Assembly (NCBI GenBank): GCA_031400655.1
Contig: JANNQH010000876.1
Location: 1 to 44,149 of the forward strand
Direction of reading: 5' to 3'
Length of the DNA stretch: 44,149 nt
Source of the DNA: Deltaproteobacteria bacterium
Lineage (GTDB): Bacteria > Myxococcota_A > UBA9160 > UBA4427
Shown: positions 1-8,169 of the stretch, piece by piece
How positions within the stretch are numbered: the stretch's first letter is position 1
Layout of the letters: the number at the start of each line of letters is the position of its first letter
Made by a program: the position numbers and the translations under genes
The notes under the pieces: model-generated
The model's database searches: none
What the model saw: the letters and a program-made list of their open reading frames with translations, nothing else
What the model was told of the DNA's origin: nothing

Positions 1-594
1 CGCTGCGACGACCGCCCGCGCCCGAGCGATCCCGGCAGATTCGAGCACTCCCTCGTCGGCGGCCGAGGCGAGCAGCACGGGATGCGGTCCACCCTCGAGT
101 CGCGCCACGACGGCAGGATCTTCGTCGACGATGACCTGCGCGACGCCACTGCGCGCGAGCTCCGCGCCGACGCGCTGTCCGAGTCGGCCATAGCCGCAAA
201 CGATGACGTGGCCCTGCATCGTGGCGAGCAGTCGATCCATCGATTTCCTCCCCATCCATTCGCGGACACGGCCCGCGATCAGAAACTCTGCCGCCGCGGC
301 GGCCGTGTAGAGCGAGGCGCCGACGCCAACCAGGATGAATGCCGACGCGAAGAGTCTTCCGGCCGGGCCGAGCGGTCGAGCCTCGCCATAGCCGACCGTC
401 GCGAGCGTCGTGACCGCCATATAGAAGCCGTCGATCCAGCTCATCGCGCCAATCCATTTAAAGCCGATCGTCCCCACTCCGATCAGCATCGCGAGCACGC
501 CAAGCCCCACCTGGAGGTGGCGCGCCGTCGTGGCATCGCGGTCGCGTATGCCACGCCACTGCGGCGCATCGTCCCGGCTGGATTCGCTTCCCAT
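1..594 (-). CDS. Potassium channel protein with TrkA-N/RCK domain (partial; 3' end runs off the window)
   Basis: It is absent from the ORF track because it has no stop codon in the window. Reverse translation from the ATG at 594-592 reads MGSESSRDDAPQWRGIRDRD...GFYMAVTTLATVGYGEARPLG...MQGHVIVCGYGRLGQRVGAELARSGVAQVIVDED. The K+ selectivity filter TVGYG lies at 385-399 and is followed by a Rossmann GxGxxG motif. The listed + ORF 82..612 is its antisense shadow. Confidence 0.85.
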   Translation of the reverse strand, partial: MGSESSRDDAPQWRGIRDRDATTARHLQVGLGVLAMLIGVGTIGFKWIGAMSWIDGFYMAVTTLATVGYGEARPLGPAGRLFASAFILVGVGASLYTAAAAAEFLIAGRVREWMGRKSMDRLLATMQGHVIVCGYGRLGQRVGAELARSGVAQVIVDEDPAVVARLEGGPHPVLLASAADEGVLESAGIARARAVVAA

Positions 595-794
595 CGCGCG
601 GAGTGTCCTTGATCCTCGCGGATCACGCGAGTGATCGGTCGCGTGGGAAATAAGCCTTTAAACGCCTATCCGCACCCGCCTGACCATTCCACTTCCCGCC
701 GGCGACCCAGCGAGCGGCTCAGCGTCGGCAGGCTGTGGCCCGGGGCTGGGCGCGAAAACGCGGTGCGAGAATCCGGCGGGCGCAGGCCGAATCC

Positions 795-887
795 GAGTGG
801 CTCCCCTTCGTTTCGGACGATCGAGCCATGTGCTTGGCCCCGACGGATGATTCCCGGCGGGTGCTTGAAGATGTTCTGGCGTTTCAG
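795..887 (+). repeat. Copy A of a diverged coding relic (EWLPFVSDDRAMCLAPTDDSRRVLEDVLAFQ); possibly the 5' remnant of an IS91-family transposase gene
   Basis: It aligns codon for codon with 6998-7090. Of 31 codons, 18 encode the same residue, and 10 of those 18 differ only at synonymous positions (hand count). Confidence 0.45.
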
Positions 888-1203
888 CTCTGCGTGATGG
901 ACCGAGAGCTGGGCCCCGCTACGACGTAGCGACCGCTCGATTCTTCCGGCCCTTCATTCGCCACCTACTGAGTCGGCGTGAGAATCATTATTAAATGAGG
1001 AAAAGACCTTGTGTTTTCGGATTGATAGGCAGACTATCACCGAGAGTCCCTGTCGCGAGTCCCGCCGGGGCGACTGCTTCGTGGATGGACGAATGTCCCG
1101 ATCATGAGGTCGAGTAGGGCCACCCAGGAGAAGTCCAAGAAATCATTCGAGCGCCGCACGGGAGCTCGGTCCTCTCTTGGGAACTAATGAAAGGACCGAT
1201 GCC

Positions 1204-4200
1204 ATGGGCGATCTGAGCCAGCGTCTCTCGAGATCGAATCCCTATCGATCGACTCGCTGGCTGCGGAGCCTGGGGATCATGGCCTGCGTTGGGCTGCTCT
1301 TCTCCGCAGCGACCGCCGGGGGGCAGGCCGCCCCGAGCGCGGCTCCATCGGGCCCGCAGGCGCGCACGCAAGCCTGGAAGGTGCACGGCGTCAGGAGCAA
1401 CCAGCCCATCTACCGCCGCAGTGGCGAGATCCTCGTCGAGTATGAGAAGGGCGCGAAGCGGGACATCACGCGGGACCCCGGGCTGGCCTCCATGATCCGC
1501 GGCAAGCGGGAAGCTCGCGGCGACATCGAGGCCCTCACGTTCGACGAGGATACGGTCGGGTTCGAGGCGATCCGCGACCAGCTCCTCGCGACGGCCGGAG
1601 TGCGGCGCGTGGAGCCGAACCTCGTCCTCTCGACGGAGCAGGTGCTCGCGAACCCGCGAGCGCACGCCGACTACTCCTCCAAGCAGTGGCACCTCGACCC
1701 CGACAAGCGTGGGCGCGCCGCAAGCCCGCGAGATCGCTCGCAGGTGATGCGGCGCCTCGGCGCGCGCGCTTCGCGTAGTGAGGCCACCCGAATCGGTGTC
1801 ATCGATACCGGCGTCGACTACCACCACATCGAGTTCACGGGGCGCACCCTGCCCGGTGTGAATCTGATCAGCCATCCGTACCCGGGCGAAGACCCCGCGA
1901 GCGAGGGCGACCAGAACGGCCACGGCACGAGCGTGGCCGGCATCATCGCAGCGGCGGACGACGGGGCCGGAGTCCTCGGCATCGACCCGCGCGCCGAGAT
2001 CTGCAGCATCAAGACCTTCAATCGCGATGGCGACGGCTACCTCGAAGACATCATCGCGGGCATCGACTGGGCGATCGCCAACCGGATCCAGCTGATCAAC
2101 CTATCGTTCGGAACCTACGAGTACTCGGCGCTGCTCGAGGAAGCGATCCTCCGCGCCCAGAGCGCGGGCATCCTGCTGGTCGCGGCGGCGGGCAACGACG
2201 CAGCCGATACGGCGATGTTCCCCGCCGCCTTCGACGGCGTGCTCTCGGTCGGCGCCCATGACCAGGGCGGATGGACCAGCCTGTTCTCGAACTGGGGCGC
2301 GAGCGTCGACTTCCATGCGCCCGGCGATCGGCTCCTGACGACCGATCTCTGGCACGACGGGATCAGCCCCTACACCGTGTTCACGGGCACCTCAGCCGCC
2401 GCGGCCTACGCGACCGGTGTCGCTTCCCTGCTCCTCGAGAACGGGGAGTCCGCCGATTCCGCAGCGACCCTGATGCGAGAGAACGTCATCGCGCGTCCGA
2501 ACGACCGTCACGTGCGGCCCTTGCCCGACCTGTGGCTGAACGACCGACTCATCATGGCTCGCCTGCTCGGCGAGCAGTACGCGGAGCCCACGATCGTCTC
2601 CTTCACGACGAATCAAAAGGTCTTCGCGCACGCTGACGACGTCACGGTCCGCTACGAGATCCAGAACACCGGGACGCGTCCCAGCCCAAAGACCCCGGCC
2701 TGGCTCGTGGTGAAGGAGGGAGACGACGCGCGACGCATTGAGCTCGCGCGCATTCCCCGCCTCGCCCCGGGCGAGCACCACGCGGCGAGCCGCGTGATCG
2801 CCGCGTCCCAGCTGCTCGGGCAGACGGGCAGCCCCGGCTCCGGCCCCGACACGATCCCGCATCGGGTCCGGGTCGAGCTCACGCTCGCCGACTTTCCGCT
2901 CGCGACGGCCGCGCCCCGGCAGCTTCTCATCAACGACGATCTGTTGGTGGGCGTCGGCGTTCGCGCGATGTGGGTGAGCCCGCTCGACTTCAACGACGCG
3001 GAGGCCGAGCGGACACTCTACGCCACGGCGGAGAACGCGGGCCGCACTCGCGTCGATGATCTCGTGGCCAGGGTGTACGCCGTGAACGCCGTGCACGAGG
3101 GGGTCGGCCGGGCACCCAAGACCGATCTCGGCACGATCGCGATCGGAAGCCTGATGCCGGGAGAGATCATCGAGCTCCGGCTTCCGCTCACGGGCTTCGA
3201 GCCTCCTCCGAAACTGGTGACCTTCTGGATGGAGATCGAGCACCAGGGCCGGCCGCTGAGTCGTACCCTCCAGGGCTATCGCTACCCCCGAGCCGGCGGC
3301 CGCGCGAAGCCGGAGTACGCCTGGGCGGTCCACCGGGACATCGCGGAGCAGGCCGTCCTGCTACTCGAAGATCAGGGGATCCATCTCCCCGACCTCGCAC
3401 CGGGCTCGCTCTATCGGGGGAGCCCGAGCATCTTCAACACCTGGCCGGAAGAGATCGGGACGGGGCTCCCCTTGGCGGAGTGGACCGATCCGAGTTACTG
3501 GACCGACGCCGAGCTCGCATCGGGTGCAGCCACCTTCGGGTTGCAGAACTTCACGCTGATCGACGGCGCGAATGATGCGGACGGCGTCGACATCGCCTTC
3601 GGCTACACGTACGAGGACAACTTCGACAGCCACTTCTGGATCGTCGACAACTCCGACGACGATGGTCTGGATTCCGGCGGCAACCACCACAGCGCACTCT
3701 CGAAGCTGCGCGCGCTCTTCTACGGGCGGAACCCCGCGAAGGGCGTACCGGCAGACAGCATGCTCGCCTACGGGGCGATCGACCACTACAACGCCGGCTA
3801 CAAGCAGGCCGCCTGGTGGTTCCTCGGCCACGCTGTCCACCTGATCGGAGACCTCTCGGTCCCGAGCCACGTCAACGACGAGAACTACCACGGCTTCTGG
3901 GGCGCGACCTATCACGATTGGATGGACAAGGGAAACAACGACCGCTGGGATTTCAGCGACGCGGCGGCGCAAGGCGGCTTCGTCAATCCCTTCAGCCCCG
4001 CGGCCGCGGGCGACCCGGTCCGCTACCTCGCCTACACGACCGCGCAGATCGGTAACGCCTTCCCTTACGCAGAAACGAACTACGGCAGCCATGACGGCTT
4101 CAAAGGCAACCGAACGGCCGGCGGCGATACGCCGCACTACGACGCGGCGATGCAGGCGCTCTTCGCGACGCTCGCTCCGAGACCGATCGAGGTGTGGCAC

Positions 4201-5970
4201 GTCAACAAGGACGAGGTCGACGACTTCTTCTTCGGATGTGAGCTCGTCGATTTCATTGGATTTGAAGACCCGGCAGATTGCTGGGGCGGCCCTGACGGCC
4301 ACATCGACAAGGACAACACCGACGACGACGACCTCCCCCAGGTGCCTGGCAACCTCGACGGGAATGGCAACGACAGCGACGGCGACCTGACTCGTATTGG
4401 GACGGTCAACTACCCCTATGCGATCCGGGCCGCGGCAGGGCTCATCTACTACTTCGCCGTCCAGACGGGTCAGATCGCCATCACCGTCTCGAATACGAAC
4501 AGCAGTGGTCCGGGTTCGCTGCGCGATGCGATCGCGATCAGCCCGCCCGGCAGTGTGATCGAGTTCGCTGCGAGCCTGTCGGGCGGAACCATCGCGCTCA
4601 GCTCGGGCGACCTCGTGATCGACAAGGATCTGACCATCGACGCGTCGGCGCTTGCGGCCGGCGTGACGCTCGACGGTCTCGGTCTGGACCGGATCTTTAC
4701 GATCGCCCCGGGCGTCACCGTCCGCCTGGTCGGTCTCGACATCCGCGGCGGCTCGCAGACCTCGGGCGGAGGGATCTACAACGACGGCGATCTCTCGCTC
4801 GTCGATTGCAGCTTCGAGAACAACCACGCGAGCAGCTGGGGCGGTGGTCTCTTCAACAACGCAACGGCCACGGTCGAGCGATGCACGTTCTCGGGCAATA
4901 CCTCGGGAAGCGTGGCGGCCGCCCTCTGGAACAACCAGAACGCGACCCTGACCGTGATCAATTCGACGGTATCGGGGAACAACGCCTACTGGAATGGCGG
5001 TGCCCTCTTGAACTACCAGGGCAACGTCTCGCTGATCCACTCGACGATCACGGGCAATACGGCCGGCAATGGCTTCGGCGGCCTGGGCGGCGGCCTCGAC
5101 AACGACGCGGGCACGATCCATCTGGAAAACTCGATCGTGGCGGGCAACAGCGCCTTGCTCGCAGCGAACGTCGCCGACATCAGCAACCGGAATGGGGGCA
5201 CCATCACGTCCGCCGGTAGGAACCTGATCGGCGACAACACGACGGTCGGCGTCCAGTTTCCAGTCGGGCCGCTGGTCGGTACCGCCGCCAGTCCCCGCAA
5301 TCCGCTGCTGGCAGCCCTCGCCAGCAGTGGCGGCCCCACGCTTACGATGTTGCCGCTCCCGAACTCCCCCGCGATCGATGCAGCGCTCGTAACCGGGCTC
5401 AGTCCCACGACGGACCAGCGAGGCGTGTCTCGTCCGAAGGGGCCTGCAGCCGACCTGGGCGCAGTCGAGCTCACGCGCACCCACGTCTATCAGCTCGTCG
5501 GCGTGACGACCGCGGGGGGCGCGCCAGTCAGCGGCGCTTTCACCTTCAACGGCACCACCGGCACAATCGATTGGGTCCGCATCACGACCGCCCCCGATCC
5601 CGCATACAGTCTGCTCGCAGACACCTTCAACGTTTTTGGCGCTCTCTTGGTCTACACACCCGAGCACCAGCTGGTGGCCGGGAGCTCGACAAACACCATC
5701 GTTCTCAACTTCGGCGCCTATCTGGGGATGCAGACGTCCTACGTGCTCACACAGGAGCCCAATCCCGGAGGCCCCTCCTACATCTATGTCGCCCAGTCCA
5801 ACGGCTACGACCGAGTCACTGGATCCGTCGTCGAGTACTTGCCGGAGCCGACTTCGGGTGTGGCCTTTCCCGCCGCGGTGCTGACACTAGTCGGGTTGGC
5901 GCAGGGCGCGTCGCGACGGCGGAGAGCGCGGGCCAAAGAGGCGATCGGGAGCCAGTCGGCGGCGGCGTAA
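1204..5970 (+). CDS. Secreted multidomain protein: S8 subtilase (with I9-like propeptide), Ig/CARDB-like segments, zinc phospholipase C-like domain, parallel beta-helix and PEP-CTERM sorting tail
   Basis: The ATG at 1204 has an AGGA about 8 nt upstream; the ORF track opens the frame at TTG 1177. The signal peptide reads RWLRSLGIMACVGLLFSAATAGGQAAP. S8 catalytic motifs are VIDTGVD, HGTSVAGII and GTSAAAAYATG. PLC-like motifs are AVHRDIAEQAV, DSHFWIVD, FLGHAVHLIGDLSVPSHVND and YHDWMD. Beta-helix repeats follow the pattern GGGIYNDG.../GGGLFNN.../GGALLNY... and end in TDQRGVSRPKGPAADLGAVE. The C-terminus reads LPEPTSGVAFPAAVLTLVGLAQGASRRRRA. Confidence 0.9.
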   Translation: MGDLSQRLSRSNPYRSTRWLRSLGIMACVGLLFSAATAGGQAAPSAAPSGPQARTQAWKVHGVRSNQPIYRRSGEILVEYEKGAKRDITRDPGLASMIRGKREARGDIEALTFDEDTVGFEAIRDQLLATAGVRRVEPNLVLSTEQVLANPRAHADYSSKQWHLDPDKRGRAASPRDRSQVMRRLGARASRSEATRIGVIDTGVDYHHIEFTGRTLPGVNLISHPYPGEDPASEGDQNGHGTSVAGIIAAADDGAGVLGIDPRAEICSIKTFNRDGDGYLEDIIAGIDWAIANRIQLINLSFGTYEYSALLEEAILRAQSAGILLVAAAGNDAADTAMFPAAFDGVLSVGAHDQGGWTSLFSNWGASVDFHAPGDRLLTTDLWHDGISPYTVFTGTSAAAAYATGVASLLLENGESADSAATLMRENVIARPNDRHVRPLPDLWLNDRLIMARLLGEQYAEPTIVSFTTNQKVFAHADDVTVRYEIQNTGTRPSPKTPAWLVVKEGDDARRIELARIPRLAPGEHHAASRVIAASQLLGQTGSPGSGPDTIPHRVRVELTLADFPLATAAPRQLLINDDLLVGVGVRAMWVSPLDFNDAEAERTLYATAENAGRTRVDDLVARVYAVNAVHEGVGRAPKTDLGTIAIGSLMPGEIIELRLPLTGFEPPPKLVTFWMEIEHQGRPLSRTLQGYRYPRAGGRAKPEYAWAVHRDIAEQAVLLLEDQGIHLPDLAPGSLYRGSPSIFNTWPEEIGTGLPLAEWTDPSYWTDAELASGAATFGLQNFTLIDGANDADGVDIAFGYTYEDNFDSHFWIVDNSDDDGLDSGGNHHSALSKLRALFYGRNPAKGVPADSMLAYGAIDHYNAGYKQAAWWFLGHAVHLIGDLSVPSHVNDENYHGFWGATYHDWMDKGNNDRWDFSDAAAQGGFVNPFSPAAAGDPVRYLAYTTAQIGNAFPYAETNYGSHDGFKGNRTAGGDTPHYDAAMQALFATLAPRPIEVWHVNKDEVDDFFFGCELVDFIGFEDPADCWGGPDGHIDKDNTDDDDLPQVPGNLDGNGNDSDGDLTRIGTVNYPYAIRAAAGLIYYFAVQTGQIAITVSNTNSSGPGSLRDAIAISPPGSVIEFAASLSGGTIALSSGDLVIDKDLTIDASALAAGVTLDGLGLDRIFTIAPGVTVRLVGLDIRGGSQTSGGGIYNDGDLSLVDCSFENNHASSWGGGLFNNATATVERCTFSGNTSGSVAAALWNNQNATLTVINSTVSGNNAYWNGGALLNYQGNVSLIHSTITGNTAGNGFGGLGGGLDNDAGTIHLENSIVAGNSALLAANVADISNRNGGTITSAGRNLIGDNTTVGVQFPVGPLVGTAASPRNPLLAALASSGGPTLTMLPLPNSPAIDAALVTGLSPTTDQRGVSRPKGPAADLGAVELTRTHVYQLVGVTTAGGAPVSGAFTFNGTTGTIDWVRITTAPDPAYSLLADTFNVFGALLVYTPEHQLVAGSSTNTIVLNFGAYLGMQTSYVLTQEPNPGGPSYIYVAQSNGYDRVTGSVVEYLPEPTSGVAFPAAVLTLVGLAQGASRRRRARAKEAIGSQSAAA

Positions 5971-6025
5971 GCGGACGCGGTGAGGAGAGATGCCATGCGG
6001 CGTGCGCGGATACGCCGGCTGGTGC

Positions 6026-6361
6026 TCAAGCCTCTCGCGAGCGCGAGTCGCCTTCCTGCACGACGACCTTGTCGCGCTCGATGATCTTGCGGAACCCCGC
6101 ATCCGTCGTGGCCCAATCGACCACATCGACCCGGTAGGGAAGATCGGATTCCGAGAAGGCATCGACGATCGCGGCGTGGGTCGCGAGCGGGAGAGACCGA
6201 TCGGCCACGACGACGAGGTCGAGATCGGAATGTTTCTTCGCGGTGTGGCGGGCGCGGGAGCCGAACGCCCAGACTTCGAAGGCGGGTACGTGTCGACGGA
6301 GGATCTCGCGCACGATCGCCCAGTGCTCCGGCCGGGTCTCGATCGGCGGTCGATCAGACAT
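6026..6361 (-). CDS. Nucleotidyltransferase-domain protein (MNT/MntA-type antitoxin, HI0073-like)
   Basis: Reads MSDRPPIETRPEHWAIVREILRRHVPAFEVWAFGSRARHTAKKHSDLDLVVV, which contains the GSxxR...DLDL minimal nucleotidyltransferase motif. The ATG at 6361-6359 overlaps the upstream gene's stop by 8 nt (ATGTCTGA). Confidence 0.85.
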   Translation of the reverse strand: MSDRPPIETRPEHWAIVREILRRHVPAFEVWAFGSRARHTAKKHSDLDLVVVADRSLPLATHAAIVDAFSESDLPYRVDVVDWATTDAGFRKIIERDKVVVQEGDSRSREA

Positions 6362-6779
6362 GGCGCGCTTCGAGGCGCCGCAGCAGATCGCGGGCATCGA
6401 CGATGAAGCGAAGCGTGCCGTCGTAGACCTGGCGGGCCTTGGTCTGGTCGTAGGTATGCGCGGTGATGTTGCGAAGCAGTCGGTATTCGAACCACGGGTC
6501 CACTTCGGCGATCAGCCCCTTCTCTGCCGCGGCCCGCACGATGTCGCGAAAGCTCGACTCGTCGACCTCTTCCGGACTCGCCGCTTCGGCTTCGAGCTGG
6601 CGACGGATCATCTTGATGCTGATCTCGTAGACGAACTCGAAGTTCTGGATCACGCCGGCGAGGAGGGTATTCCTGACCTTCGCCGACTGGTGATCGAACC
6701 ACGCTGCGTCCCCGACGATTTCGAGGCCGGCTTCGAGCGAGGCAATCGAGTTGCGCAGCGGAGTCAGGTCGAGGGGCAT
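6354..6779 (-). CDS. Nucleotidyltransferase substrate-binding protein, HI0074 family (HEPN/HepT-type toxin)
   Basis: Reads MPLDLTPLRNSIASLEAGLE...NFEFVYEISIKMIRRQLE...YRLLRNITAHTYD. The Rx4H HEPN motif lies at 6456-6473. An alternative start is the ATG at 6797. Confidence 0.85.
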   Translation of the reverse strand: MPLDLTPLRNSIASLEAGLEIVGDAAWFDHQSAKVRNTLLAGVIQNFEFVYEISIKMIRRQLEAEAASPEEVDESSFRDIVRAAAEKGLIAEVDPWFEYRLLRNITAHTYDQTKARQVYDGTLRFIVDARDLLRRLEARHV

Positions 6780-6997
6780 TTTCGATCCGACGGACATGCA
6801 GCGCGACCGGACGTGATCGCCGCACGTCGAGTACACATCAGAAGCCGTCCCGGGACAACTCGATGCCCAGTCGGGCGCGTTTCCGACGGCGGCCCGAGAC
6901 GCACCCGCTTCCGCAACCGAGCGAAGCACGCATCGCGCTCGGAGCGGTCCCAGCGCCTGCGGCCCAGCGAAGCGCGCGTTCGCGCGCGGAGTGGAAG

Positions 6998-7090
6998 GAA
7001 TGGCTCCCCTTCGTGGCCGAATATCGAGCTCTTTGCGTAGCCCCAGGGGAAGAATTTCGACGAGTTCTCGAGGGCGTGGGCGCGATTCGG
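6998..7090 (+). repeat. Copy B of the coding relic (EWLPFVAEYRALCVAPGEEFRRVLEGVGAIR)
   Basis: Homologous to 795-887 (see that entry). Its GTGGCCGAATAT (VAEY) also resembles GTCGCCGAATAC (VAEY) at 7378-7389, near the N-terminus of the IS91-family ORF downstream. Confidence 0.45.
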
Positions 7091-7275
7091 TAATCGGCGT
7101 GACGTCGATCTACCGGCGAAAGACTGCCTCCAATCCCGGGCCAGCGTACGAAGTCTGCCTGGTTCCGCGGTTCATCGTCTGACAACGGCCTGAGGGGCGC
7201 AAACTCGCGACTCGTTCGGCCCACGATTTTGATCGCTCACCCAGTTCGCCGACTGGTCGGAGATGTCGTGGCCGA

Positions 7276-8165
7276 GTGAACCTGGGGCCACGGCATTCCG
7301 ACGGACGATCCTTGCGGCACTGTCATTGTGGGGACTCTGTGTCATCCCGCCGGTCTGGTCCTGGTGGATCCCTGGCCGTCGCCGAATACCTCCGCCACGA
7401 GCCCGAGAAGACGCACCTGCACGAAGTCATTCGCGCGGAGCTCGTCCCATTTCTTGCCCGCGCGAGATTTCATGGCGCTCCTGTCGCTCGGTTCGTTGAG
7501 CGCGAGATCTGCGCCTACCTCGAGTACGGCGTGCTCGCGCATGGATTCATCCGCGTCCATTGCGACGCCTGCAGCCACGATCGTCTCGTGGCGTTCTCGT
7601 GCAAGGGCCGGGGCTTCTGTTCGTCCTGCCGCGGTCGCCGTATGGCCGACACGGCGGCGTATCTCGTCGACCGGGTGCTCCCCGAAGTCCCGATCCGGCA
7701 GTGGGTCCTGACGTTCCCCTATCCACTGCGATACCGATGCGCCTGGAACGCCAAGCTCGCGAGCGCGGTCTTGCGCTGACCCTTCGATCGGTCTTCGCGG
7801 ATCAGCGGCGCCGCGCGCGAGCGCTGTTTGGGATTCGCAAGGGGCAGTGCGGCTCGGTCACGTTCCTCCAACGGTTCGGCTCGGCACTGAACCTGACGCC
7901 GCACTTTCATTCACTCGTCCTCGACGGCGTCTACCGCGGGCCATCGCACAGGCTCGGAGGCTTCGCGGGGCTTCCGCCTCCCGAGATAGAAGACGTAGCC
8001 CGGGTGCTGGCGGAGACGGCCCGCCGCATCCTGCGTGCTCTCGAGCGGGATAGCATCGACGAGGGACATGACACCGTCGCTCGAGCCGATCCGCTGATGG
8101 CGATGACCGGCGCGGCCTCGATACCCCCTCGCATCGCGATGGGTCCCGAACGGACGACTCGTGGC
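7276..8165 (+). pseudogene. IS91-family (Y2 rolling-circle) transposase, frameshifted and 3'-truncated
   Basis: Frame 1 reads EYLRHEPEKTHLHEVI...FVEREICAYLEYGVLAHGFIRVHCDACSHDRLVAFSCKGRGFCSSCRGRRMADTAAYLVDRVLPEVPIRQWVLTFPYPLRY, which includes the zinc-binding N-domain. Homology continues in another frame after about 7760 (GSVTFLQRFGSALNLTPHFHSLVLDGVY...LPPPEIEDVARVLAETARRI) and is lost near 8165. Confidence 0.8.
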
Positions 8166-8169
8166 GAAG

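Noticed and set aside
82-612. Listed + strand ORF of 176 aa at the left edge.
   Set aside because: The reverse strand encodes an obvious K+ channel (TVGYG filter plus RCK Rossmann motif). That gene was missed by the track only because it lacks an in-window stop.
798-806. TGGCTCCCC occurs at 798-806, at 7001-7009, and at the CCA/acceptor end of tRNA-Asn (43279-43287). This hinted that relics A and B might be tRNA-derived att sites or tRNA-like elements.
   Set aside because: The match to the tRNA is only 9 nt. Beyond it, the A and B sequences do not fold into T-arm or acceptor structures. Their substitution pattern (many synonymous third-position changes) indicates protein-coding ancestry. I treat the resemblance as chance.
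3361-5667. Very long ORFs antisense to or overlapping confident genes. Examples: 3361..5667 (-) 768 aa, 30587..33607 (+) 1006 aa, 11762..13420 (-), 13918..15498 (-), 18129..19679 (-), 35708..37420 (-), 37498..38568 (-), 34413..35717 (-).
   Set aside because: These are typical high-GC shadow frames. Their composition is dominated by Arg/Ala/Gly/Pro/Asp and they have no recognisable motifs. Each lies opposite a gene with strong family signatures and sensible RBS and operon structure.
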